From an uncultured bacterium (GTDB lineage Bacteria; Omnitrophota; Gorgyraeia; Duberdicusellales; CBEUCJ01), in contig CBEUCJ010000004.1 in assembly GCA_965541615.1 (NCBI GenBank), positions 149,478 through 173,477 on the forward strand: 24,000 nt of DNA, written 5' to 3'. The position numbers and the translations under genes were made by a program. A model generated the notes under the pieces. The model searched no databases. It was not told where the DNA came from and saw only the letters and a program-made list of their open reading frames with translations. This document shows, one piece after another, positions 14,893-24,000 of the stretch (the first letter of the stretch is position 1; each line of letters opens with the position of its first letter).

Positions 14893-15677
14893 AAGTAATA
14901 GTCTGCATAAAGCAAGTTCCAGAGACTACTCAAGTTCAAATCGATCCTAAAACTAATACCTTAATTAGAGAAGGAGTTAATTCTATTATAAATCCTTTTG
15001 ATATGTATGCTATAGAAGAAGGTGTAAGATTAAAAGAAAGATACGGAGCTCAAACTTATGTTATTACTATGGGACCTCCTCAGGCAGAACAAGCTCTGCG
15101 AGAGGCTCTTAGCTTAGGAATAGATATAGCTATTCACCTAACAGATAGAGCTTTTGCAGGTTCAGATACCTATGCTACAAGTTTAGTTTTAGCAAAAGCT
15201 ATTAGAAAATTAGGGGAATTCGATATTATTTTATGTGGTAAACAGGCTTCAGATGGTGATACTGCTCAAGTAGGGCCTGGTATTAGTGCACATTTAGATA
15301 TTTCTCAGATATGTTATGTAAAAAAGATCAGGGAAATAAATTTAGAGAAAAAATACATAATAGCTGAAAGTATGACAGAGGAAGGTTATGAAGTTGTAAA
15401 AGCAAGCCTTCCTTGTTTATTAACAGTAGTTAAAGAAATAAATGAACCGAGATTACCCTCCTTAAGAGGTATGCTTAGAGCAAAAAAGGCTGAGATTATT
15501 AAATGGACTCACAAAGATCTAAATTTAGATGAATCACAAGTTGGATTAAAAGGTTCGCCTACTCAGGTAGTAAAGATTTTTACTCCTCCTCCTAGAGAGA
15601 AAGGTAAGATTTTAGATGGAGAAAATCCTGAGAGTATAAATGAAGTGGTAAAAATTCTAAAAAAGATGGTATGTTGA
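14889..15677 (+). CDS. etfB: Electron transfer flavoprotein, beta subunit
   Basis: MKVIVCIKQVPETTQVQIDPKTNTLIREGVNSIINPFDMYAIEEG and ILCGKQASDGDTAQVGP are present. The protein is 262 aa. There is an ATGA overlap with bcd. Confidence 0.85.
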   Translation: MKVIVCIKQVPETTQVQIDPKTNTLIREGVNSIINPFDMYAIEEGVRLKERYGAQTYVITMGPPQAEQALREALSLGIDIAIHLTDRAFAGSDTYATSLVLAKAIRKLGEFDIILCGKQASDGDTAQVGPGISAHLDISQICYVKKIREINLEKKYIIAESMTEEGYEVVKASLPCLLTVVKEINEPRLPSLRGMLRAKKAEIIKWTHKDLNLDESQVGLKGSPTQVVKIFTPPPREKGKILDGENPESINEVVKILKKMVC

Positions 15678-16852
15678 GAGTAATTTTAGAAAAGTGTACA
15701 GGTTGTGGACTCTGTGTAAAGGTTTGTAAAGAAAAAGCAATTACAATTAAAGACAAAAAGGCTCATATAGACTTAGATAAGTGTACTCTTTGTAAGATAT
15801 GTGTAGAAAGTTGTCCTTTTAAAGCAATAGAACTTGCTGAAGTTAAGAAGACTATTTCAGAAAAAAGAGAAGGTGTATGGGTATTTGCTGAACAGAGAAA
15901 GGGAAAGATTCATCCCGTTGTATTTGAACTTTTAGGAAAGGGTAGAGAATTAGCAAATAAAAAAAATACTTACTTAGGATGTGTGTTTTTGGGCACTGAA
16001 GATATGAAGTCTGAGTTAAGAGAGTTAGAAAAAAGAGGAGTAGATAAAATATTTTGTGTTTTTTCAAAAGAATTGGAGAATTTTTTACCTGAAATTTATT
16101 CTAAAATAATAGTCAAATTATGCAAAAAATATAAACCAGATATTTTCTTGGCAGGAGCTACTACCATAGGAAGAGCTTTATTATCTAGAATAGCTGTGAA
16201 ATTAAAAGCAGGTTTAACTGCAGATTGCACAGGTTTAGATATCAATTCTGAAGGATTGCTCTTGCAAACCAGACCTGCTTTTGGAGGAAATATTATGGCT
16301 CAAATTATTACTCCTGTAAACAGACCTCAGATGGCAACAGTGAGATACAAAGTGTTAAAACCAGCTCCTATTTTAAATACCCATAAAGCAGAGTTAATTA
16401 TAGAAAAGCCAGATGAAGAAGATTTAGATTCTGAAACTCAAATTTTAGAGATAGTAGAGGAGATAAAAGAAAGAGTAAACCTTCAAGAAGCTGATATTAT
16501 CGTTTCTGGAGGAAGAGGCTTACAAGCAAAAGAAAACTTTAAGTTAATCTTTGAATTAGCAGAAGTTTTGGGAGCTGCTGTTGGAGCGTCAAGAGCTGCA
16601 GTAGATAGTGGTTGGATTCCTTATTCTCATCAAGTAGGTCAGACTGGCAAAACAGTGGCTCCCAAAGTTTATATAGCTGTTGGAATTTCAGGGCAGATTC
16701 AACATCTGGTAGGAATGCAGTCATCAAAATTTATAATAGCTATTAATAAGGACCCTTCAGCTCCCATATTTAAAGTAGCAGATATTGGAATAGTAGGGGA
16801 TCTTTTCAAAATCCTTCCTCAGTTAACAAAAAGATTGAAAGAAGGTTCTTAA
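15671..16852 (+). CDS. etfA: Electron transfer flavoprotein, alpha subunit with N-terminal 2x[4Fe-4S] ferredoxin domain
   Basis: The N-terminus carries CTGCGLCVKVC...CTLCKICVESCP, two CxxCxxCxxxC(P) motifs (nt 15671-~15850). The canonical EtfA FAD-binding C-terminus follows: VSGGRGL...GASRAAVDSGW...QVGQTGKTVAPKVYIAVGISGQIQH. Confidence 0.85.
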   Translation: MLRVILEKCTGCGLCVKVCKEKAITIKDKKAHIDLDKCTLCKICVESCPFKAIELAEVKKTISEKREGVWVFAEQRKGKIHPVVFELLGKGRELANKKNTYLGCVFLGTEDMKSELRELEKRGVDKIFCVFSKELENFLPEIYSKIIVKLCKKYKPDIFLAGATTIGRALLSRIAVKLKAGLTADCTGLDINSEGLLLQTRPAFGGNIMAQIITPVNRPQMATVRYKVLKPAPILNTHKAELIIEKPDEEDLDSETQILEIVEEIKERVNLQEADIIVSGGRGLQAKENFKLIFELAEVLGAAVGASRAAVDSGWIPYSHQVGQTGKTVAPKVYIAVGISGQIQHLVGMQSSKFIIAINKDPSAPIFKVADIGIVGDLFKILPQLTKRLKEGS

Positions 16853-16853
16853 A

Positions 16854-19800
16854 ATGTTTCTGAAAGAAATAGAGTTAATAGGCTTTAAATCTTTTGCAGA
16901 CAAAACCAATCTAAAATTTGAGAAAGGACTATCAGTTATCGTAGGACCTAACGGATGTGGAAAATCAAATCTATTTGATGCTATAAGATGGGCTTTAGGA
17001 GAGCAGAGTGTGAAATCTCTGAGAGGTAGGTCTTTTGAAGATGTAATCTTTCAAGGGACATCTAAAAGAGAAAAAGCTAAATTCGCTGAAGTAAGTTTAA
17101 TATTTTCTAATGAAAATAGATTCTTTCCTATAGATGAAGATGAGATAGCTATATGTAGAAGAATTTACAGTACAGGTGAGATTCAGTATTTTTTAAATAG
17201 AGTTCAAGTAAGATTAAAAGATATTTTAGACTTATTAAGAGGCACAGGTATAGGTCCAGACAGTTACTTTCTAGTAGAACAAGGAAAAATAGATATAATT
17301 TTTAGTCTAAAACCTGAAGAAAGAAGACAGATTTTTGATGAAGCTTCAGGCGTAAGTAAATATAAAGCTAAGAGAAAAGAAGCAGAAACCAAACTCAGAG
17401 AGACAGAATCAAACCTTCTTAGGATTATAGATATCTTAAAAGAATTAGAAAGGCAGATGAATTCTTTAGAGAGGCAAGCTAAGAGAGCCAAAAAATACAA
17501 AGAATTATACCTTCAACTTTTAGAGAAAGAAGAGTTTTTAAGCTCTTATTTTTATATTAAGAAAACACATGAGTTAGAGAATTTAAGGGAAAAGATTCAG
17601 ACAAAAGAAGATGAGAAAAAGAATCTAATACAACAAATAAGGACGCTTGAGGAAAGAATAAAAGAAAAAAATCAAAGACTCTCAGAGTTAGACAATCAGA
17701 TTCAAAAAGACATAACTTCTAAAGAGGTTCTTGTAACAAAGTTAACTGAAAATGAGTCTCTTTTAAATTCAGTAAAAGAGAATATAAAAGAACTGGAGGA
17801 TAATCTGGAATATTTGAAAAAACAAGCTCAAAGTTTATCAGAAGAAGTAAAAGAAGTTTCTACAAAGAAAGATTCTTTAAAAGATACTCTATGTAAGATT
17901 TCAAGAGAGAAAGAGGAAAAAGAAAAGAAGATAAGAGAATTTGAAGATATTATAAAAGATTCTGAAGCTAAGATTAAAGAAAATGAGACTAGGATAAAAG
18001 AGATAAAGGAAATTTTGTTGAATTTAAGACCTCAAAGTGTAAATATTAAAAATGAGATTACAGAATTAAATACTTCTCTCCAAATTTTACAATCAAGAAG
18101 AAAAAGATTACTTTTAGATCTTCAAAAAACAAAGACTACTTTAGAAGAATTTACTAAAGATTTAGAGGAAAAAGAAAATCTATTGAAAGAATCTTTGAAC
18201 AAATTAGAAGAACATAATAAAGAAAAGGAAACTATACTCTGTAAGATAAACCAAGAGCAAACAAAAATAAAAGAGAAAGAATCCTTGTTAAGAGAATTAG
18301 AGAAGGAAAAGATTTCCCTTTTAGCACAAGAAAAGATAATAAAAGATTTGGAATTTTCTTTCACTCAAGTTTTAGATGAGAAGGAATCGATTTTAATCTT
18401 CGATTCATATTTAAGTGAAGAACCAGAATTTATAATATCCAAACCTTTAGAGATTAATCTTAAAGAAAATAAGACTCAAATAAAAGCTTCTTCAAAAATT
18501 TTGAATAAGAGTTCTGTAGATATTGAAGAAAGAGTAAAACAGATAGATTCTAAAATTGCTCAGGTGAATAAAGAAATAGGTTATTTAAAAAATTCTTTAG
18601 AAAATTCTAAGAAAGAGTTATCGCGAATCGATCAAAAATTAAGTGAAGTAGAAAAGTTTATAACACAATTTAAAAATGATTTAGAAGTAAGTAAGAAAGA
18701 GACAGAAAAGGTTATTCAAGAAAAAGAAGTAATAGAGTTCGATTTAGAACAAGCAGATAAAGAGATTAAAGAAAAAGAAACCAATTTATTTGAGTTAGAT
18801 AATAAACTTAAAGAGAATGAAAAAAGAATAGAAGAACTGGAATCTGAAAAAGAACTCAAAACAAAAGAAATTCAAAATTTATTAGAGACGATAAATCAAA
18901 AGAAAGTAGAGATAGCTGAACTCAAAAGTAGTTTAGATTCAGATATTACAAGATTTATTGAAACGCAAAATGCTTTTAAAGAATTAGAAGAAATTTTTGA
19001 GAAGAAAAATAAAGAAGCTCAAGAAGTTTTCGAAAAAGTTGAAGAGATAAAAAAGAAGATACAAAATTCTGTTATACAGAGGGATAAGATTTTTGAAAAC
19101 ATAAATAATATAAAATTAGAAAGAGATAAAATTGAAGCTTGTATAAAAGAAAAGATTGAAGAATTAGAGATTTTAAAAAAAGAATTAGTGCAACATAAAA
19201 ATGATTTAGAAAGAAAGAGAGAATTTTTTAGAGAAATAGAAACTCAGTTATATGAGTTTAAAATGCAAGAGCAAAAGTTATCTATAGAAAAAGAAAATAT
19301 TTTAAGTAGATTTAAAGAACTTTATCAGAAAGAATTAAATGTAAGCTCAATAAGTTTTGAGTCTTCAGTAGACATAGGGAGTATAAAGAATCAAATAGAG
19401 GATTTAAAAAGAAGATTAAAATATATAGGTCAAACTGATGAAACTTCAATTCAAGAATATGAAGATTTGAAAAAAAGATACGAATTTTTGAATTCTCAAA
19501 AGCAAGACTTAGAAGATTCAAAAAGAAAATTGCTTTCAGCAATAAATAAAATAAATAAAGTCTCCAAAGAAATGTTTTTAGAGACTTTTGAGAAAGTAAA
19601 AAAGGAATTTCAGAAATACTTTGAAATTTTATTCGGAAAAGGAGAAGCCAAAATCTATTTAATAGATGAAAAAGATCCTTTAGAGTCTGGAATAGATATT
19701 TTTGTAAGACCTCCAGGAAAAAAACTGCAATCAGTAAGTCTTTTATCTGGGGGAGAAAAGGCTTTAACAGGTATAGCTTTATTATTTGCAATTTTTAAAA

Positions 19801-20045
19801 CAAAGCCTGCTCCCTTTTCTATCTTAGATGAGATAGATGCAGCTTTAGATGAAGCTAATATCGAAAGGTTTTCCCAGATTTTAAAAGAGTTAGCAAAAGA
19901 TTCTCAATTCATACTAATTTCTCATAATAAAAGAACTATTTCTAAAGCTGATATAATCTATGGAGTCACTATGGAAGAAGAAGGTGTTTCTAAAATAGTA
20001 TCAGTAAAGTTGAAAGAACCAGATTCTGTTCACGTTTCTTCATAA
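16854..20045 (+). CDS. smc: Chromosome segregation ATPase SMC (1063 aa) with no recognisable hinge domain
   Basis: The N-terminal head has Walker A (GPNGCGKSNLFDAIRWALGEQS) and the Q-loop VEQGKI. The C-terminal head has the signature LSGGEKALTGIALLFAIF and Walker B/D-loop FSILDEIDAALDEAN. Two K/E-rich coiled-coil arms of about 325 aa each flank the centre. The ATG lies 1 nt after the etfA stop. Confidence 0.9.
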   Translation: MFLKEIELIGFKSFADKTNLKFEKGLSVIVGPNGCGKSNLFDAIRWALGEQSVKSLRGRSFEDVIFQGTSKREKAKFAEVSLIFSNENRFFPIDEDEIAICRRIYSTGEIQYFLNRVQVRLKDILDLLRGTGIGPDSYFLVEQGKIDIIFSLKPEERRQIFDEASGVSKYKAKRKEAETKLRETESNLLRIIDILKELERQMNSLERQAKRAKKYKELYLQLLEKEEFLSSYFYIKKTHELENLREKIQTKEDEKKNLIQQIRTLEERIKEKNQRLSELDNQIQKDITSKEVLVTKLTENESLLNSVKENIKELEDNLEYLKKQAQSLSEEVKEVSTKKDSLKDTLCKISREKEEKEKKIREFEDIIKDSEAKIKENETRIKEIKEILLNLRPQSVNIKNEITELNTSLQILQSRRKRLLLDLQKTKTTLEEFTKDLEEKENLLKESLNKLEEHNKEKETILCKINQEQTKIKEKESLLRELEKEKISLLAQEKIIKDLEFSFTQVLDEKESILIFDSYLSEEPEFIISKPLEINLKENKTQIKASSKILNKSSVDIEERVKQIDSKIAQVNKEIGYLKNSLENSKKELSRIDQKLSEVEKFITQFKNDLEVSKKETEKVIQEKEVIEFDLEQADKEIKEKETNLFELDNKLKENEKRIEELESEKELKTKEIQNLLETINQKKVEIAELKSSLDSDITRFIETQNAFKELEEIFEKKNKEAQEVFEKVEEIKKKIQNSVIQRDKIFENINNIKLERDKIEACIKEKIEELEILKKELVQHKNDLERKREFFREIETQLYEFKMQEQKLSIEKENILSRFKELYQKELNVSSISFESSVDIGSIKNQIEDLKRRLKYIGQTDETSIQEYEDLKKRYEFLNSQKQDLEDSKRKLLSAINKINKVSKEMFLETFEKVKKEFQKYFEILFGKGEAKIYLIDEKDPLESGIDIFVRPPGKKLQSVSLLSGGEKALTGIALLFAIFKTKPAPFSILDEIDAALDEANIERFSQILKELAKDSQFILISHNKRTISKADIIYGVTMEEEGVSKIVSVKLKEPDSVHVSS

Positions 20046-21229
20046 AAAACACACACTTTATTTTTTCCAAGAGATTTAGCTTTATAAAGAGCTTTATCTG
20101 CTTTTAAGATAAGCTCTTCTTTGTTTGAAGCATCTTGGGGAAAGTTAGCCACACCTATACTCACAGTTAGATTTCTTCCTAAAAGTTTTTCTTGACCTTT
20201 GAATTTAAAACTTTCAATAGCTTTCCTTAATCTTTCAGCTATTTGAAAAGCAGAGTACTTATCAGTAGAAGGTAAAATTATACAGAACTCTTCACCGCCA
20301 TATCTTGCAACAAAATCTTCTTTTCTAGATTGAGTTAAAAGAATATGAGATAACGTTTTTAAGATTTTATCTCCTTCTAAATGTCCAAAAGTATCGTTAT
20401 ATTTTTTGAAATCATCTATATCTATCATTAATAAAGATAAGGAATCAGAGTTTTTTTTAGCTTCTTCTAATAATTCCTGAAGTTTTTCTTGAAAATACCC
20501 ATGGTTCCATAAAGAGGTTAAAGAATCTTTTTTTGCTTGAATTAATGTAGATTCGTATAATTTAGAATTCTCAATAGCTAATCCTGCTTGGTTTGCAAAC
20601 ATATTTAACATTTTTATTTGATCTAAAGAGATTGGGTGTTGAGTTATAAAATTATCTGCATATAAGACACCTATTACTTTATCTTTAGCTAAAAGTGGTA
20701 CGATAACGAATTCTTCAGTATTAAATACTTTTACTAAAGGATCAGATGCATAGTTTTTTAGAACTTCTTTTCTTACATGTAAAGGCATCTTATCCAAAAT
20801 AGCCTCATAAATTAAACCAGCAGATTTAGAGAGTTCTAGTTTAATACTGCAGATTAAATTATGCCATTTAGATTTTCTGAACCTTTTTGTTTTAAAATTT
20901 TCTATAAGATCCTCAAGAGTTAGTTTTTTTCTTTCTATTTCTTCCCAGATTTTGGCTGCTTCTTCACCAGTATCAGGACCTATTCCCATTTTCCCTTCGA
21001 TTATTTTTTTATCTTCATCTACCAAAAAGAGAGCTGCCCTGTTAAATCCCAATCCATGGTGGCAAGTCACACCTGTAAGGATAATGTAAAGAATTTCTTC
21101 TAATTTTAAGGTAGTGCGCATAGCATTACTTATCTCATAAAAAATATTCAACTCACTCTTTGCTTTTTCTAATTCCTTTTTTAAAAATTCAGTTTCCTTT
21201 TCATCCATAGCCAGAGAGTTTATTAACAT
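20030..21229 (-). CDS. GAF-domain diguanylate cyclase (GGDEF) with I-site
   Basis: The C-terminus carries DIDDFKKYNDTFGHLEGD and RKEDFVARYGGEEF, that is GGEEF with RxxD five residues upstream. The N-terminal GAF domain reads GFNRAALFLVDED...VIGVLYADN. An alternative start at M8 (nt 21208) is possible. The 3' end overlaps smc by 16 nt. Confidence 0.85.
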   Translation of the reverse strand: MLINSLAMDEKETEFLKKELEKAKSELNIFYEISNAMRTTLKLEEILYIILTGVTCHHGLGFNRAALFLVDEDKKIIEGKMGIGPDTGEEAAKIWEEIERKKLTLEDLIENFKTKRFRKSKWHNLICSIKLELSKSAGLIYEAILDKMPLHVRKEVLKNYASDPLVKVFNTEEFVIVPLLAKDKVIGVLYADNFITQHPISLDQIKMLNMFANQAGLAIENSKLYESTLIQAKKDSLTSLWNHGYFQEKLQELLEEAKKNSDSLSLLMIDIDDFKKYNDTFGHLEGDKILKTLSHILLTQSRKEDFVARYGGEEFCIILPSTDKYSAFQIAERLRKAIESFKFKGQEKLLGRNLTVSIGVANFPQDASNKEELILKADKALYKAKSLGKNKVCVFYEET

Positions 21230-21302
21230 AGAAACTTAGAGTTTGTCAAGATATAAATTTCATTTAAGAATTTTATCTGCACTTTTGTAAGTTTTCAATG
21301 GA

Positions 21303-21331
21303 TTGACTTTTAATTCTTTTTATGATATTTT
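21303..21331 (+). promoter_or_regulatory. Putative extended -10 promoter of the HD-GYP gene
   Basis: TTGACT (21303-21308) and a 17-nt spacer containing TG at 21323-21324 are followed by TATTTT (21326-21331). The ATG at 21338 begins 7 nt after the -10, and the intervening AAAAAA contains no SD. Confidence 0.4.
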
Positions 21332-21337
21332 AAAAAA

Positions 21338-22408
21338 ATGAATACATTTACTCATAAGTTAAAACTCCTTAGTGAGTTTAGTCAAAAGATAAATACTATC
21401 TCTTTTAAAAAAACATTGAAAGAAGCTGTAAACGTTGCTACTGAACTTTTAGACGCACAAATAGGTTCACTTTTGCTTTTTGATGAGAAGACAAAAACCT
21501 TAAAGATAGCCTATGCAAAAGGTCTTCCTTATAGAATAAGAAAACAGACCTCTTTAAAGATAGGAGAAAGAATTTCAGGTTATGTATTTAAGACAAAGCG
21601 TCCTTTGCTTATTAAAAATATAGAAAGGGAAAAGAAATTTAAAAAAATAGGTTCTGAAAGATATTTTACAGCTTCTTTGATAAGTTGTCCTTTAAAAATA
21701 GATAGGAAAGTTATAGGGGTAATTAATATAAATAACAAAAAGAATAAAAAACCATTTAATGAGTTAGACTTAGAAATTTTGGTAGGTATTTCTTCTCAAA
21801 TTGCTCAAAGTATAGATAGAGCTAAACAATTTGAAAAATTACAAAATACATATCGTCAGATTTTAGAATGTCTAATAAATGCTATAGATGCTAGAGACCA
21901 TTACACCAGACTCCATTCAGAGAGAGTAGCTTTTTATGGAGAGAAGTTTGCTAAAGAGTTAAAACTTCCAAAGAAAGAAGTGGAAGTTATAAAAGAAGCC
22001 TGTTTCCTTCATGATATAGGCAAGATAGGAATCCCTGACACTATTCTTAATAAAACTGAGAAATTAAAAAGAGAAGAGTTTGAAATAATGAAACAGCATT
22101 CTGTAATCGGTTATAACATTTTAAAGCCTTTAGAATTTTTAGGAAAGATTCCTGAGATTGTAAGAGCAAACCATGAAAGATGGGATGGAAAAGGTTATCC
22201 TGATGGATTAAAAGGTGAAGAGATACCATTTGGAGCAAGGATCTTATGTATATGTGATGCTTTTGTAACTATGATAGATAAAAGAGGCTATAAAAGAGCT
22301 TTTACTTACAAAGAAGCTTTTAGAGAATTAGAAAGAAACAAAGGTAAGCAATTTGATCCAGATTTAGTAGATGCATTTTTAAGGATTTTTAACAAAGAAA
22401 CATCTTGA
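21338..22408 (+). CDS. GAF-domain HD-GYP phosphodiesterase (c-di-GMP hydrolase family)
   Basis: The N-terminal GAF domain reads IGSLLLFDEKTKTL...VIGVININN. The HD-GYP domain shows DHYTRLHSERVA, FLHDIGKIGIPD and HERWDGKGYPDGL. Confidence 0.85.
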   Translation: MNTFTHKLKLLSEFSQKINTISFKKTLKEAVNVATELLDAQIGSLLLFDEKTKTLKIAYAKGLPYRIRKQTSLKIGERISGYVFKTKRPLLIKNIEREKKFKKIGSERYFTASLISCPLKIDRKVIGVININNKKNKKPFNELDLEILVGISSQIAQSIDRAKQFEKLQNTYRQILECLINAIDARDHYTRLHSERVAFYGEKFAKELKLPKKEVEVIKEACFLHDIGKIGIPDTILNKTEKLKREEFEIMKQHSVIGYNILKPLEFLGKIPEIVRANHERWDGKGYPDGLKGEEIPFGARILCICDAFVTMIDKRGYKRAFTYKEAFRELERNKGKQFDPDLVDAFLRIFNKETS

Positions 22409-22432
22409 CAAAAAAATAATTTTTTCTAAAAT
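22405..22432 (+). promoter_or_regulatory. rRNA operon promoter P1 (putative)
   Basis: TTGACA (22405-22410, overlapping the TGA stop of the HD-GYP gene at 22406-22408), a 16-nt spacer and TAAAAT (22427-22432) are present. Confidence 0.45.
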
Positions 22433-22484
22433 TTAATTCAGAAATTATTTAATAAAAATTTAAATTTTCTGAAAATAGATTCCC

Positions 22485-22513
22485 TTGACAATTGAGAAGA
22501 AGTTGATTATACT
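22485..22513 (+). promoter_or_regulatory. rRNA operon promoter P2 (putative)
   Basis: TTGACA (22485-22490), a 17-nt spacer and TATACT (22508-22513) are present, preceded by an AT-rich UP-like tract. The site is about 50 nt upstream of the 16S 5' end. Confidence 0.55.
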
Positions 22514-22562
22514 TTTTAAATGCCATTGTGCTCTTTGAAATAAAAAAGTTAGAATAAAAACC

Positions 22563-24000
<1,438 letters not shown>

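Noticed and set aside
1161-16727. Other short antisense or alternative-frame ORFs in the track (1161-1343, 2027-2263, 4706-4894, 10422-10676, 11599-11829, 11759-11992, 12421-12654, 13106-13312, 13785-14027, 15852-16067, 16539-16727; also 22047-22238)
   Set aside because: Each is wholly inside a longer ORF with clear family motifs on the other strand or frame. All are 60-84 aa with no recognisable motifs. Such shadow ORFs are common in AT-rich DNA with few stop codons on the antisense strand of K/E-rich genes.
17264-19791. Antisense ORFs inside smc, including a 159-aa one (19312-19791 -)
   Set aside because: They are L/F/I-rich low-complexity translations, as expected from the reverse complement of K/E-rich (AAA/GAA) coiled-coil codons. 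They have no start context, no motifs, and are fully embedded in a well-supported gene.
21221-21271. Third copy of the TTTGTCAA core (TTTGTCAAG, 21242-21250), considered as another bidirectional promoter between the GGDEF and HD-GYP genes
   Set aside because: The rightward -10 position reads AAGAAT, which is poor. The leftward -10 (TTAATA, TAATAA or GTTAAT, depending on the spacer) is weak and lies inside the annotated GGDEF ORF. It would work only if the true start is Met8 (21208). I noted this as an alternative start but do not call it a promoter.

Overview
This is an AT-rich, very tightly packed chromosomal housekeeping segment from a diderm bacterium (an LptF/G pair and a PagL-like outer-membrane barrel are present). 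The 16S looks deeply divergent. I can support 21 CDS, one tRNA-Leu(CAG), a tmRNA next to smpB, and about 1.44 kb of the 5' part of a 16S rRNA gene with two tandem sigma70-type promoters. The + strand carries tatD(partial)-mtnA-thiL-tsaE-tsaB-alr. The - strand then carries comF-like-lptF-lptG. After that come pyrE and a Maf/M48 peptidase ORF, tRNA-Leu (-), an AEC transporter, smpB, ssrA, a PagL-like OMP, a lone B12-binding radical SAM enzyme, bcd-etfB-(Fd)etfA, smc, a convergent GAF-GGDEF gene, a divergent GAF-HD-GYP gene and the 16S rRNA. I found no mobile elements, CRISPR arrays, integrases, toxin-antitoxin pairs or recognisable defence genes, and almost every base is accounted for by ordinary genes. 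I therefore cannot point to a self-contained novel multi-gene system; the findings are unusual variants of known parts. (1) The SMC has canonical heads, but a roughly 64-aa glycine-free linker replaces the hinge domain. (2) A Maf ORF has no stop codon and runs in frame into an M48 metalloprotease that begins with a textbook lipoprotein signal peptide. (3) Two 51-bp bidirectional promoters are each built on a single shared TTTGTCAAA -35 palindrome, with geometry implying leaderless or near-leaderless mRNAs. (4) The tmRNA has no frame that yields a canonical ...LAA tag. (5) An orphan HpnJ-like class B radical SAM enzyme sits between lipid-related genes. (6) A Bcd/EtfB/EtfA cluster carries a 2x[4Fe-4S] ferredoxin domain fused to EtfA. 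(7) The structural RNAs are strongly GC-rich inside DNA of roughly 25% GC. All functional calls rest on motif recognition by eye; no database search was run.
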